This document shows positions 24,590 through 37,069 of a DNA stretch of 64,000 nucleotides, piece by piece. Made by a program: the position numbers and the translations under genes. The stretch lies in contig NIVC01000800.1 of assembly GCA_002269645.1 (NCBI GenBank), positions 186,001-250,000 of the forward strand, written 5' to 3'. Positions within the stretch are counted from its first letter, which is position 1, and each line of letters starts with the position of its first letter. This DNA comes from Macrostomum lignano (Eukaryota). The notes below the pieces were generated by a model, which was not told the DNA's origin, searched no databases, and saw nothing but the letters and a program-made list of their open reading frames with translations.

Positions 24590-25660
24590 TACAAAAAGAG
24601 AGGAGAAGTGAGAGGAGGATAAAAGAAAAGATAGAAGACAAGAAGAGAGACGATGGGGTAAGGATAAGGAGTGAGCAGATAATATTGGAGTAAGAAGTGA
24701 GAGGAGGAGAGAGAGAAAGGAAAGGAAAGAGTAAAAGTGAGAAGAGGGAGAGAGATGAGACAAGATCAATGACAGAGGAGAGTGAGAAAAGAGTAGAGAT
24801 GAGAGATAAAGGAGGAGAGAGCAGATTGCAAAAAGGCAAGAGAAGAGAATAGAGGGGAGAGAGTGTAGAAGAGAGAAGAGAAGAGGAATAAGGGAAGAGA
24901 GAAATCAGAAGAGGGTGAAGAGAAAAGTACACTGAAGATTGGAGAGTACAGATGACAGAAAAGAGAGGGGATGAGAGTGAACACGATATCTGAGAGGAGA
25001 GAGGAGAGCGGAGAGAGGAGTCAGATGAGGGGAAAGAGAAGAGTACACTGAAGATTGGAGAGTACAGATGACAGAAAAGAGAGGGGATGAGAGTGAACAC
25101 AATATCTGAGAGGAGAGCGGAGAGAGGAGTCAGATGAGGGGAAAGAGAAGAGCACAGAGGAGAAAGATGAGAACATACAAGTATACGAGAGTAAAGATGA
25201 CAGATGAGAAAGAGAAGATGAGACTGAGAGAGCAAAGATGAGAATGAACACATGAGAGATAGGAGAGTAGAGAGAAAAGAGGATAGATAAGAAATAAGAG
25301 ATGAAAGATGAAAGGTGAGACAAAAAGAGAGAGCAGAGAGAAGAGAGTAGAGAGCAAAAAGAAGATAGAGTAGAGAGCAGAGGGAAGATAGAGTAGAGAG
25401 CAAAGAGAAGATAGAGTAGAGAGCAGAGGGAAGATAGAGTAAAGAGCAGAGAGAAGAGAGAGTAGAGAGCAGGGAGAAATGGGAAGAGATAAAACAGGAG
25501 AAAGGGAGATATAAGAGAGCAGAGATGAGAGACAATAGAAGAGGAGAGAAAAGAATAAGAGGGGATAGACCAGGGAAGAGGGGATAGAGGAGAAAGAGAA
25601 GAGACCACAGACCAGAGAGAAGAGAGAAAACAAAAGAGAAGGTAGAGATAGAAGTTTCTA
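24590..25660 (+). repeat. About 1.07-kb GA-rich polypurine low-complexity tract
   Basis: Almost only A/G on the + strand, with internal direct duplications around 24915-25150. The Leu/Ser-rich minus-strand ORFs are artefacts. Confidence 0.92.
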
Positions 25661-26091
25661 AGGATCCAATTTCCAAGGGACACAAGGAGAGGCAGAGGCC
25701 ATGAGTTTGCCTGACATTCTATGCAGCACCCCAACCAACAATATTAATTTTTGCTTCAAATACTAATTTTACACAAATGTACTCTGTTTTATGATTAACT
25801 CTATCCTAAATTCCTAACTATTAAAAAGTTTTTGTTTAAGTATGACTTTAGATTTTAGAATACATGCAAAAATAGTTCTAGGGATTAAAGTTCCCCGGGT
25901 TCAAAATCCGCGGGTTTCAACAGCTTGTGGTCATATAAATTACATAAGTACTTTAGTAATATGAAGTCTAGATTAAAAGTTTCTTTGCAAATGAATCATT
26001 ACTTTATAAAGCAATAAGGCCCCTAGCAAAGCATTGTTTTAAATTTTTATAAATTGAATTGCTTTGATTTTCATTATAATTATAACAAAGT

Positions 26092-26207
26092 CAGGGACAA
26101 CTAAAACCCTCGGGACGCGAAACGAGCCAATTCATGGCAAAAAATCTGAGGGGCTCACTTAAAAGTATTGTTCTATGGCTTTTTCAAGTCTTCTCTGCTA
26201 TCAGGCA
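26092..26207 (+). repeat. Terminal inverted repeat (3' end of the P-type element)
   Basis: 115/116 identical to the reverse complement of 29462-29577 (mismatch 26157 vs 29512). Confidence 0.97.
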
Positions 26208-26322
26208 TTAACGGTTAGATTAAATAGTAAAGCGAGGCAATGTCGAGTATTTAATTTAAAGAATAGGAACCAGTGATATAATTACAATGTATTTACAATA
26301 AAGTAACCGCCATATCAACAAA

Positions 26323-26426
26323 AAACTCCAACGGCAAGAAGATAAAAGATGAAAGCGAAGATGAAACTCCAACGGCAAGAAGATAAAGGATGAAAGCGAA
26401 GATGAAACTCCAACGGCAAGAAGATA
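26323..26426. repeat. 41-bp subterminal tandem repeat (about 2.5 copies) in the 3' region of the P-type element
   Basis: aaactccaacggcaagaagata at 26323, 26364 and 26405. Confidence 0.85.
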
Positions 26427-26505
26427 GAAGCAAATACGGTACTCCAAGGACAAGACGACACAAACAGTCAGTAGCTCGTACATAAAGGAAACGCTGGAAC
26501 TTCAC

Positions 26506-29379
26506 CTACTGAGCATCTAACTTCCAAAGCTTTCTATCATGGGATGTCGTCGGTATTGGTGGGAGTTTTGACGAGCGTCTTACTAGTCCTTTGAAAAAAA
26601 CGTTGGCTAGCCGACGGGACACACTGTCCATGCTGAACTGTGTCTTAGTTGGAAAGTAAAAGTCCTTAATAACATAAAACAGCTTCTGCACGCGAGTTGC
26701 GCACGTAGGAGAGTGCAGAATAAAACTGCTGTAGCAGAGACAGGATAAGTCTAACAGCCATTGTGGAGGATGACAAAGCTTTCCGCGAGATAACTCTTCA
26801 GTGAATTTGCTGGCTGGAATGCTCGTCTCTGATATCAAATCTGTTCCTTTGATGCCTTCTTTAGTCGCTGTATAACCTGTCAATTTCCAATAAAGCACGG
26901 TTTGAATTGTTTTTATGAGATTGTGTAAAACCTCGTTGTGAATTAAATTTTAATTAATATCCAGCTTACCTGCGATATAGTAGAGCGAAGCCATCTCCGA
27001 AATGGAAAGCTCCTCTGATTTAGCAGCACAATTATCAATGGTCGCCAGTTCAATTTCATTCAGCTGTTCATTGCAACATTTGCTCCGATCGTGCTTGTAG
27101 TCTGCTAATTCAAGGGATGCGAATAATTTCATTCGTCGGAGTCGAGCACTGAGCAGCACTTGCTCCACAGATACATAGTAGTTGCCGCCACTCATTTGGC
27201 GATACATGCCAAACTCAGCCTCAAGTGGATCACTGTGAAAGTCAGCCAGCAGAACGTAGCTGATTCGTGGGTCGGACAAAAGAACCTCACACATATCACA
27301 GGCTCCGCGCAGTGAGTTTACTAGCGCTGACTTGGTCTTGGGCGTCAATGAATGATGGCGAGCTCGGCCTTTTCCACAATGTGTCGAATCAAACGAATCC
27401 GCGAGTGCGCTAAGAAATTGTATGCTTTCATCTTGAACGGAATAGACTGGTCGCCTGTCCGGATCCCGTAGTCGTGCGTGTAGATCAGGATTTTTACAAT
27501 TGACAATTTTCCAGAATCTCACTATGGTTTTGATAAATTCCGCAGTGTCTGAGTATCCATCACACTTCAATGCAGCGGCAACCCTTTCATCGAGAACTTG
27601 GAGAGCGAGACTGACTTTAGTTTTCTGAATGCTTGTGGGATAACAGGCCTCATGAGTTAGACATGTGCGCTTGACTACGTGGTCTTTCTCCATTTGGTAC
27701 AGGCGTACCACGTCTGACCATTTAGCGGATATCTGTCTGTCAGCGCCAGGAGGTTGAATGCTCAGAATTCCATTCGCTTCCATTTGCCAATTGTTGCGAA
27801 TGCATTTGATAATGTGAACGAAATCGAACAGCATGAAGAATTCCGACTCCTGTGCAACATCCGTTCCAATCCATGGCTTCTCTCTTCCATCGCTAAATAA
27901 AGCAAAACACTTGCGGTTGGTAGGGTGATTGTCGCTGACGAGAGCAACGACACAGCCACCGTTGTTGTTAATTGCTTTAATGCATTGGCTGACGCATTTT
28001 CGCAGAAACTCCGCAGACAAAATGTATGTCGGCAATAGTCGGACTACAAACGGTTTTCCACCAAGTAATGGCTTTACCATTATAGCCAAAATTGTCCTAG
28101 CAACCTGGTCCGGATCGTCGACGGCTCGACCCAGAAGGTGACGGCATCGATATCGAACGGACGGTTGTATGTACATTTCGTCAAACATAATTACGCAGTT
28201 TCGCTGAGCTCCTGATAGACTAGCAAAAACTGACTGGATCACATCGGCTGCGTCGGTTTCTGTGCCAACTTCTCCTGTACCTGCTAGTTGCAGCTGCAGC
28301 GTTCGGGGATGAGGCAATGGCAATAGTTTCCGTAGGTAAGAGTAAGCCGAACTACTGATCAAGTAGAGCAATGCTGACTGTCGCACTAGTGAAATGTCAT
28401 AGCGGCGATTGTTCCGATTTACTAATGTAAGGCTAAGTTGTCGAATCAAAAACTGAAGCGACGGATCCAAATCAAAGTCAGAATCTATATCATCACTGAT
28501 TCTACTAACAAACGCTTCGACTTCACGTTGGGGATTGGCGTCGGAATTTTTGCACCGCACGACAACAGCATCCAGTTGCGACCAGCGCTTGAGTGTCGGT
28601 TGAAATCCCAACAAGTCTCGAACCGAAATCGGTGTATGCAGTTTGAATGCATGAATCAGAAAGTTGGGTGAGACAAAAATTCGAACAGACAGGTCTCCAT
28701 CTTTATCTAACGTAAACAAGTAAACATCTTCATTCAGAATATCTGTGTTCAGTGCATGTCGAGATACGACATCCGAATTTTTCACCTCAGCTCGAAAACT
28801 TTCCCATGCCGGCAAAAAATCAAGCAGCTGAAAAGCGTCCATCTCATCGATGTCGCCGCACCTCGCGTCAGAAAGAACACCGCGCTTTTCGGCCTGTCGG
28901 TCCTGGTCTAAAATAAGGGTAAAAATAAAAGTAAGATAATTGTGAGCGGCAAAATCGATATAGACGCTAAGTGTTGAGCAATCTTTAAGTTACGTACCTT
29001 GGTTCTGAACAAAACACAAGCTAGGAACTCCATTAAAAACAGAAAGAGGATTAATTGGCCTTTCGGTAGAGTTTTTCTTGACCATTGGAGCATCGCTTGG
29101 CCAATGCTTTATGCACACGCCCATATTGTCAGTCACTCTCTAAAATAATAAATTTTGGGTTTCAAGTTGTTTGGACGAGACTGGCATGCAGAATTGAAGC
29201 GGAATTATGCAGCAGAAATGACAGCAAATGATCTGGTTTCTTACCTGGAGAATATTTGGCAGCGCCTTTCTCCATTGCTCTCGCTCCTGTGGATCTCTGG
29301 GAAATGCAAATGTCCGTGTTCAAACGGCTTCAGAGTTGTAATTTGATGAGCACGGAAATACGCTGCACTTTCTTGGCAT
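26506..29379 (-). CDS. P-element/THAP9-like transposase, 4 exons, about 861 aa, with one in-frame TGA at codon 20 (possibly pseudogenised)
   Basis: Exons 29245-29379, 28998-29139, 26970-28907 and 26506-26876; GT-AG introns of 105, 90 and 93 bp, all phase-consistent. THAP C2CH: MPRKCSVFPC...FAFPRD...W...L / GVCIKHW. RNase H catalytic residues: CVIMFDEM, LVSDN, FDFVHIIKCIRNN, DPLEAEFG. Splicing intron 3 rebuilds the YYIAGY motif. TGA at 29320-29322. Confidence 0.9.
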
Positions 29380-29461
29380 TTCATCAAGTGAATAAAAAAT
29401 GCTTCTCTTGATATAGTTCAGCTTAGCTTCACTGATGGCCGCAGCTAAAGCAATTTTAATT

Positions 29462-29577
29462 TGCCTGATAGCAGAGAAGACTTGAAAAAGCCATAGAACA
29501 ATACTTTTAAGCGAGCCCCTCAGATTTTTTGCCATGAATTGGCTCGTTTCGCGTCCCGAGGGTTTTAGTTGTCCCTG
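29462..29577 (-). repeat. Terminal inverted repeat (5' end of the P-type element)
   Basis: Partner of 26092-26207. Confidence 0.97.
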
Positions 29578-29654
29578 AACAAAGTTTTTTTTAATTAGGG
29601 GTATTAAATATATCATGTATATATATCATGTATATCAATATATCATGTTATTAT

Positions 29655-30619
29655 TAGGGATACTAACCACAGGGACAGCTCCCTAGGGACCCCAAATGAA
29701 GGTCCGGGGTTTTGTCCCCAGGGTTTTGCCCAGGGATCCCCAGATAAAATTTTTTTATTCTTTTGAATTGTTATGAATTGTTTTGAATTGTTGTTGATTT
29801 GTTTAAATGAAAAAAAATATAGTAGATCTGTTTTTAAGCACTTAAATGATTGCTCATTTGTTTTCCTTCATTTATAGACAAATTATTATTGACTAAGTCT
29901 ACAATAAAGAAAAAAATACAAAAGTATTGGTTGCACAGTGATTGCCAACTGATTATATATAAGGAGCCTTATATGCTTGATAGAACATGATCTAAGACCA
30001 TCAAACATGTTTTGATTGGCCTATAAGGCATATATTGTGAATGTTTGAATGCCGTTTATTAGACAGGCCAACAGTTAATTATTTTATTTGAATTTTTAAC
30101 ATATTTTTTTTATGGAATCTGATTTTCAATTCATCCATTTAAGTACAAAGTCCAAACCCAATTCTATTTCTGTTTCTATGTTTATATTTCTCTTATTTAT
30201 GTGTATAATTATAACTTTATAAGTTTATAATTTATATCTTCATTTTTTATTTGAACTTTCTACATTCTCAAATTTTTGAAAATTTAATCAGTTTCATGCC
30301 TATAGTTGCAAATCATAGACAACCAAAATCACAATCACATTTAATGTGTTACAACATAAATCTGCAATGAAAAAGTATACTTTAAACAAAATGAACTAGT
30401 ATTTTAGTATATCAGACATTATTTAGTCTATATATAGATAAAGGTATGAATGTATGATATGTAGAAATCCAAAAAACTTAGTAAAAGTACATTTTTTACC
30501 ACATTTGCAGTTTTAATCTTTTAAGCACTCCATTTAAACTATCTCCAGGGACCCCAGGGAAAAGCTGAAAATTCCCCATCTCTCTGGGGTTTTAAAATTC
30601 TATGGAATTGGCATCCCTA
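29655..30619. mobile_element. Old hAT-type MITE, about 965 bp
   Basis: Ends TAGGGATACTAA and TTGGCATCCCTA. Flanks gttattat and gtcattat (7/8, degenerate TSD). Subterminal ccccaggg motifs at both ends. Confidence 0.6.
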
Positions 30620-31260
30620 GTCATTATATTATTATATTAATTGCATTGCTTAAATGTATACTAATTAATGCCTAATTTTTTATTTAAACTAAATATACTA
30701 GAAAATTTTAGTATGAATAACATCTTTCAGATTCCAGAATATACATGTGCAACCTTCTGATTTACACTGGCTATGCAACTTTATTTTTGACCAAAAATAT
30801 GACTTACCTATAAAAGACCCTAAAGCAAAAACTATTTAAGCAATTTTGGAGAAATGGCAAGAGTAACTACGAGTGTCTTATTAAGGCTAAATGTCTCGTC
30901 ATCTAATTAGTAGTCTATATTTTGGGTAGGCATTTTTGCAACTTCCCCTTGGTTTACAACAATTTATAGTGCCCAGATTGGCCAGGTTGGCTAGAAGTTG
31001 TGCATGTATATTCTAGAATGTCATCTACTTAAAGTAAATTGGTCCATGATTTTATGAAACTTTGGAGATTTTGTGATTATTATCACAGCTAATACAACTA
31101 CCATCTAGAAGCAGGACAGCCTAGACAAGCAAATGCTTGCCAAGATTTAATATATTTTATAGCTTGCATGAGGACTAAGAATCATGTTTTCTACTTTCTA
31201 GGAGCTAGAAGTCTTAGGGCTATAAACTTTATCTCTACTTGGCCCTTCTAAAGTTATAGT

Positions 31261-32132
31261 CAGTGTTGGGCACCAGTCCATTAATAAGCATTCAAGCGTT
31301 AATAAGCATTAAGATTTTTCATTAACATTAACAGACTGTTGTTAAGATTTTTTTGAACTAACGGATTAACGAATTTGCGTTAAAAAAATTGTGAATTAAC
31401 GATAAATTCATCGTTAACGGTAGTGTCTATGTCAATGACCAAAGATGCAAAGAAGGAACAAAAAAATAGATGTCTTACAAGAAGTTTAAACATTACGAAC
31501 GTATTTGAGCTTACCTATATGCCTAAACATAATCTCTTTATTTATGACGATGATCATACAGATGTACATGTAATTAACAACTTCTTACAAATAAACTTTA
31601 AAATAATGAATTAAAATATTGTGAAACTTTATTTCTTGTGCGTGAGCATCGATTGCTTTGATTCACTTCTGTCCCAATCTTTCGCAACTTTCTGCTGCGC
31701 CTGCTAATGGTACTGAAACAACCTTCCTATGCATATTTAATTATGAATTTCTCATTATTAGCTTTTAAGTTTCAAATAAAATAAGTTACTTTTTTACCAT
31801 ATGCTTTACTTTTAGTAGTATTATGCATGCAAGTTTTTAAAATGATTATTTATTACTTTTTTAGCTTTCAAATTGCTTAGATGACCTCTGTGTTTCGCTA
31901 AAAAGATGGAATAGCAAAGACGTGCAATATGAAGTCTGTTTTGGAAAAAACGTGCAAGATTTCCGTATTTTCTGTATTAACTTTAATGGATTAACGCTTA
32001 TTAACGATTATCAGTTAACTTTCAGTTAACTTAACGAAATTAGGAGTTAAAAAGTTAAGATTTTTTTGTTTTAACGCTAACACTTTTGCTATTAATGGAA
32101 GTTAAGATTTTCATTAATGGTGCCCAACACTG
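31261..32132. mobile_element. hAT-type MITE, copy 1 (872 bp)
   Basis: Perfect 15-bp TIR CAGTGTTGGGCACCA; 8-bp TSD GTTATAGT (31253-31260 and 32133-32140); subterminal ttaac repeats. Confidence 0.93.
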
Positions 32133-32743
32133 GTTATAGTTATATCATTAGAAAACTAGGTATTCTGCCCAAAATTTATAGCTTGACCATTTATAGCAGC
32201 TTTAATCTTGGCATGCATGTCTACTTAGATTTGTAAAATAGTAGTTTATATATGCTAGTCAGCAGTTTTGATAATAATGTCAATTATTGTATTTGGTAGA
32301 TAATATATAATAGTGTTAGCCAGATCTTTAATCTAACCTTTATTGACTTCATTTAGTGGCTTACTAAGAATATTTGAGCATATTCTTATTCTTAGAAACC
32401 TTGCTGATATCTCCTCGCTTAGTCATGACTCTTTAGTTGAGCATTTCTGTCGATCATCTTCTATTGCTCATGGCTTGGCAACTGAGAAATTTGATCTTCG
32501 CAGTCTCGTCCATAAAGCTACTTTTAGTAATGTGTTGCTGGTGCAGCATATATGCTTGTCCTATGTAGGAATTGTTTGCAATGGTTTTTGTCCATTAAAG
32601 TACATTTAGGCTCCGATCACTCTAGGTTTTACTTATGCATACAAATAAAAATGCTCATTATTAGTTGTAGAGCATCATTTATTATGCTCAAAAACAATTA
32701 TAATTACTGGCAATACCATGCATGCTGCATCGCAATCAGGCCC

Positions 32744-35577
32744 ATGGCAACTGAAACTGGCGACCAGTCGGCCCCAGCTGCACCCAGCGGAGACTCCGCC
32801 GCCGCCGCCGCAGACAACTTGAAGGCCAGCCCGGTGGCTTCCAATGGCGCCGATTCTCCAGCTAAGTCTGCCGATGAGAAGATGGAGAACAGTGAGCCTG
32901 ATGGAGCTTCTAAAGAAGCCAATGAGAAAAAGCAGGCGGCCAAGCCAAAGCCCAAGGCTTCGCCAACGCAGAAAAGTCGTCGACCAGCCGAGTCGCCGGC
33001 TCCACCAACGCCAAGTCGCGAGGGGATGCGGCGGGATAGAAAGAAGGTAAAAAACTGCGCTCTTTCAGAACTGGAATTCCCAAATATGCGTGCGTTCTTA
33101 TAAATTTATTGTCCTTGTTGCTATGGGGACAGACTCTAATCACCTTGTTGCTATGGGACAAATGCTCGAGTTGCCTTGTTGCTGAGGCCATATGCTTGAG
33201 TTGTCTTGATGCTATATGGGGACAGATTCTCGAAGTGCCTTGTTGCTATGGTTACAAATGCTTAAGTCGCTTGTTGCTATGGGGACAGATTCAAACTGCC
33301 TTGTTGCTATGAGGACAGGTGTTCGAGCTACCTTGTTGCTATGATTCTTTGAGCAAGGATTAGCAACACCTATTTGCTAGGGACGCTAACTTGATTTACT
33401 CTTTCCAAAGACGCTAATTAAGGTTTTATCTCGTTGCTAGGGACGCTAACAAACCTAATTAAACTCTGACCTTGCGCAGGTGGAGCGCCTATCGGAGGTG
33501 ATTGACAAGCAGTACCAGCAGCACGTGGACAGCCGGGTTGTGCTGCCCCAGGGCCGGGGCACGAAGCTGCGGGACTGCCCCCGGGTGCTTTACTTCATGT
33601 ACCAGAGCAAGCCGGACGACCTGAAGCTGCTGCACAGCCTCATCTTCAACCGCTCCGGCGTGGCCAACGAAATTCGAAAGAACCTGCTTGAATTCAACGG
33701 CTTCGAGTTTAGCAAAGATTCGAAAGAATTCGAACGCCTGGTTGACCGGGCGGCGTCGCGCAAGGTGAAGGAGCTGAAGAAGAGCCTGTTCGCGCTGGAC
33801 CTGGAGCGCTCGCAGGGTAGCGGCGGCGGAACCCGCGACATGGCGCAGCGACTGTGCGAGTTTCTTGTTAAGCCGTTCGACAACGGCAAGAAGCCGCCGA
33901 AGAAGCTGTCATTCCAGCTAATGCAGGAGGGCCGCGGCGGCAAGAAGAAATCCTCCAAGTCTTCGAAATCCAAGTCTGCTGCTTCTAGCAGCAAATCGGC
34001 TGGCAAAAAGAAGAAGCCGGCTAAGAAAGCGGCCGCCAGCAGCGGCAGCGAAGGGGAGGAAGAAGAAGACGACCAGGTGAGCAGCAGCAGCAGCAGCGGG
34101 TCCGACGCCTCCGACTCCGACGATTCCGACGCCAAGAAAAAAAAGAAAAAGCTGCAAAAGACGAAAAAGAAGACGCCAGCAAAGAAGGCGGCTTCGCCAG
34201 CCAAGAGGCAGCCGGCCGGTGGCGCCAGCCGCAAGCGCAAGGCGTCGGTGTCGTCGGACTCTGACGGCGGGGCGGCAGCCGACTCGTCAGACGAAGACGA
34301 CATGCCGCTGAAGAAGCTGAAGACTGCGCCGGAAGAACAGGAGTCGCCAAAGAAGCCGCCAACTGATGAAGAGATCAAGCAGGCGGTGGCGGATGTGCTG
34401 GCCAAGGCGGACTTGGACAATCTCATGCTCAGCCAGGCTATTAAGCAGGTGAGTCTGCCTTCACTAGCAGCCAGCTGTGCAGTTTGTCTTCGAATTCGCT
34501 ATCTTTATTTGGGCTGACTCTGAGCACAACCAAACATACTCTAAACACAACAAGGAACCCCTATAAACTACAGAAAACCATATAAACACACCATAAACCG
34601 ATGATAAACATCGTTAACCACTGTATAAATACATCATAAACACTAGCCGCTGATAAAAACACCATAAGCCTTTGTAAACACACCATTAACCACTGTATAG
34701 ACAGACCATAAACCGATAATAAACACACCAATAACCACTCTATAAACGCATTATTAACCGCTGTATAAATACACCATTAACCGCTGTATAAATACACCAA
34801 TAACCACTGTATAAACACACCATTAACCGCTGTATAAACACACCATTAGCCACTGTATAAATACACAATTAACCGCTGTATAAACACACCATTAGCCAAT
34901 GTATAAACACTATAAAGCCATGTAAGCACCATTAACCCTGTATATAAACACACCATTTACCCGTGTATAAACACACCATTAACCCTGTGTATAAACACAC
35001 CATTAACCCCTGTATATAAACACACCATAAAGGCATATAAACACACCATTAACACGTGTGCAAGAACACACCATTAACCCTGTGTATAAACACACCATGC
35101 ACCCCGCGTATAAACACACCATTAACCCCTGTATATAAACACACCATAAAGGCATATAGACACACCATTAACCCTGTATATAAACACACCATAAAGGCAT
35201 ATAGACACACCATTAACCCTGTATATAAACACACCATAAAGGCATATAGACACACCATTAACCCTGTATATAAACAGACCATTAACCCCTGTATATAAAC
35301 ACACCATAAAGGCATATAAACACACCATTAACCCCTGTATATAAACACACCATTAACCCCTGTATATAAACACACCTGAAACCAATGACCACCCAGGTGT
35401 ACGCCAAATTCGAGCCAATAGACATCTCGGATCGCAAGCCATTCATCAAGGACGCTATTAAAGAGGTGAGGACTGCCTGTCAGTCTGCTTTGAATTATGA
35501 AAGCTTTGCTTAGATGGCAGATTTGTGCTGCAGCAATGCAACTCCAAGCCGTACTTCTCCAATTCCAGCTGATGTAG
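32744..35577 (+). CDS. DEK: DEK chromatin protein homolog, about 449 aa, 4 coding exons
   Basis: Exons 32744-33046, 33480-34448, 35397-35465 and 35569-35577, all phase 0. Motifs: RDRKKVERL, QGRGTKLRDCPRV, DDLKLLHSLIF...IRKNLLEFNGFEF, SAP-like LKKSLFALDLERS...LCEFL, K/S/D-rich linker, DEK_C PPTDEEIKQAVADVLAKADL...VYAKF...DISDRKPFIKDAIKELM*. Confidence 0.94.
33110..33460. repeat. Degenerate ccttgttgctatggggacag / gttgctagggacgctaa repeats, DEK intron 1
   Basis: Recurrent ttgttgctat motif; diverged copies. Confidence 0.7.
34560..35376. repeat. About 25-bp minisatellite (caccattaacccctgtatataaaca and variants), DEK intron 2
   Basis: Direct reading; becomes more degenerate toward the 5' end. Confidence 0.9.
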
Positions 35578-36383
35578 GCCATACGCTGAATTCGGTCGTA
35601 CATTTGCAATTCTGCAACTCAATGTGAGGTCCCGGTCAGCTTTATTAACTGTTTGACGCTAATGAATACATTAATTCACTCTTATTAACAATTATAAGTT
35701 TTGCTAAATAATGTGAGCAAACTCTGTATACAGTATACTACCTATTATATATTACTAGCAGTAGTGTAGTAGTAAGTGCGCGCGTAAACTTGGCAGCAAA
35801 CTGCATAAAATATGTATAAATTGTTGCATCAGCTGTGCGCAATGATCAGTTCGTCTCGTTTTATTTATTTTATAATTAATTATTTTTGTTAACTTTTTGC
35901 TAAATTCTCTTACTCATTCTGTAAGTGTTGTGTGTTCTGCGTCAACTTTAACTCTTATTTCATTTGTGTAGTTTTTTACATACAAATTAAAAGTTAAAAA
36001 GGCTGATGACACGCGGGGTAACGCCTGGCATTTTCCATTTGATTCTTAATGTTTTTTTAAAGAATTCAGGGTATTGTATTCTTTGTAACAAGTGAAATCT
36101 GGTAGTCGACAAAGCGCTCGTATCTGTTTGTTGCTATGGTAATCGTGTCTGTTGACTTCCCATCTGTTTGTCTGTCTGCGAATAATTTAGCTAAATATAT
36201 TATCTTACTACCAATTGAAATTCTGCTTTTGCTAATTATTTTTCTGTCAATTTACTTATATTGCTACTTTTAGTAGGATTATTGGCGTTTTCTAACAAAT
36301 TTGAAAGTTTTTAGGATTCAAATATAAGTTCACACGTCTGCGTTAGACTATTTTGACGATTTTTACAGTGTATTAGCAGATCA

Positions 36384-36897
36384 GACTAATTCACAATCAG
36401 CAGATTAGGCGCTTAGTGTCTAATTTAGACTAATTCACAATCAGCAGATTAGGCGCTTAGTGTCTAATTTAGACTAATTCACAATCAGCAGATTAGGCGC
36501 CCAGTGTCTAATTTAGACTAATTGGCAATTAGATGATTAGGCGCTTAGTGTCTAATTTAGACTAATTCACAATCAGCAGATTAGGCGCCCAGTGTCTAAT
36601 TTAGACTAATTGGCAATTAGCTGATTAGGCGCTTAGTGTCTAATTTAGACTAATTCACAATCAGCAGATTAGGCGCCCAGTGTCTAATTTAGACTAATTG
36701 GCAATTAGCTGATTAGGCGCTCAGTGTCTATTTAGACTAATTGGCAATTAGCTGATTAGGCGCCCAGTGTCTAATTTAGACTAATTCACAATTAGCAGAT
36801 TAGGCGCCCAGTGTCTAATTTAGACTAATTGGCAATTAGCTGATTAGGCGCCCAGTGTCTAATTTAGACTAATTGGCAATTAGCTGATTAGGCGCTA
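36384..36897. repeat. 44-bp tandem repeat between DEK and TRIM71 (gactaattcacaatcagcagattaggcgcttagtgtctaattta)
   Basis: Period 36384 to 36428; about 12 copies. Confidence 0.95.
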
Positions 36898-37069
36898 TCC
36901 AACTATCAGCTTACCCGCATACATGTAAGAACAATCTGCAATTGCTGGCGCGCCTCTTTGTGCTGCGCCCGACCGGCCCCCGACTTGGCCAATTCTGAAT
37001 TGAGCTCAGCTGTTTTGAGTCTTATCTGAGTCATTAATTAACTGATTAATATCAATCACGCTAGCGCCC

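Larger units (their letters stand above)
26092..29577 (-). mobile_element. Full-length P-superfamily DNA transposon, 3486 bp
   Basis: TSD AACAAAGT at 26084-26091 and 29578-29585. TIRs are 116 bp (26092-26207 and 29462-29577), start CAGGG and differ at one position. Internal THAP transposase gene. Confidence 0.96.

Noticed and set aside
24489-25734. Hydrophobic Leu/Ser-rich 'membrane protein' ORFs
   Set aside because: Antisense reading of the GA-rich low-complexity tract.
33590-34426. 278-aa minus-strand ORF
   Set aside because: Antisense shadow of GC-rich DEK exon 2.
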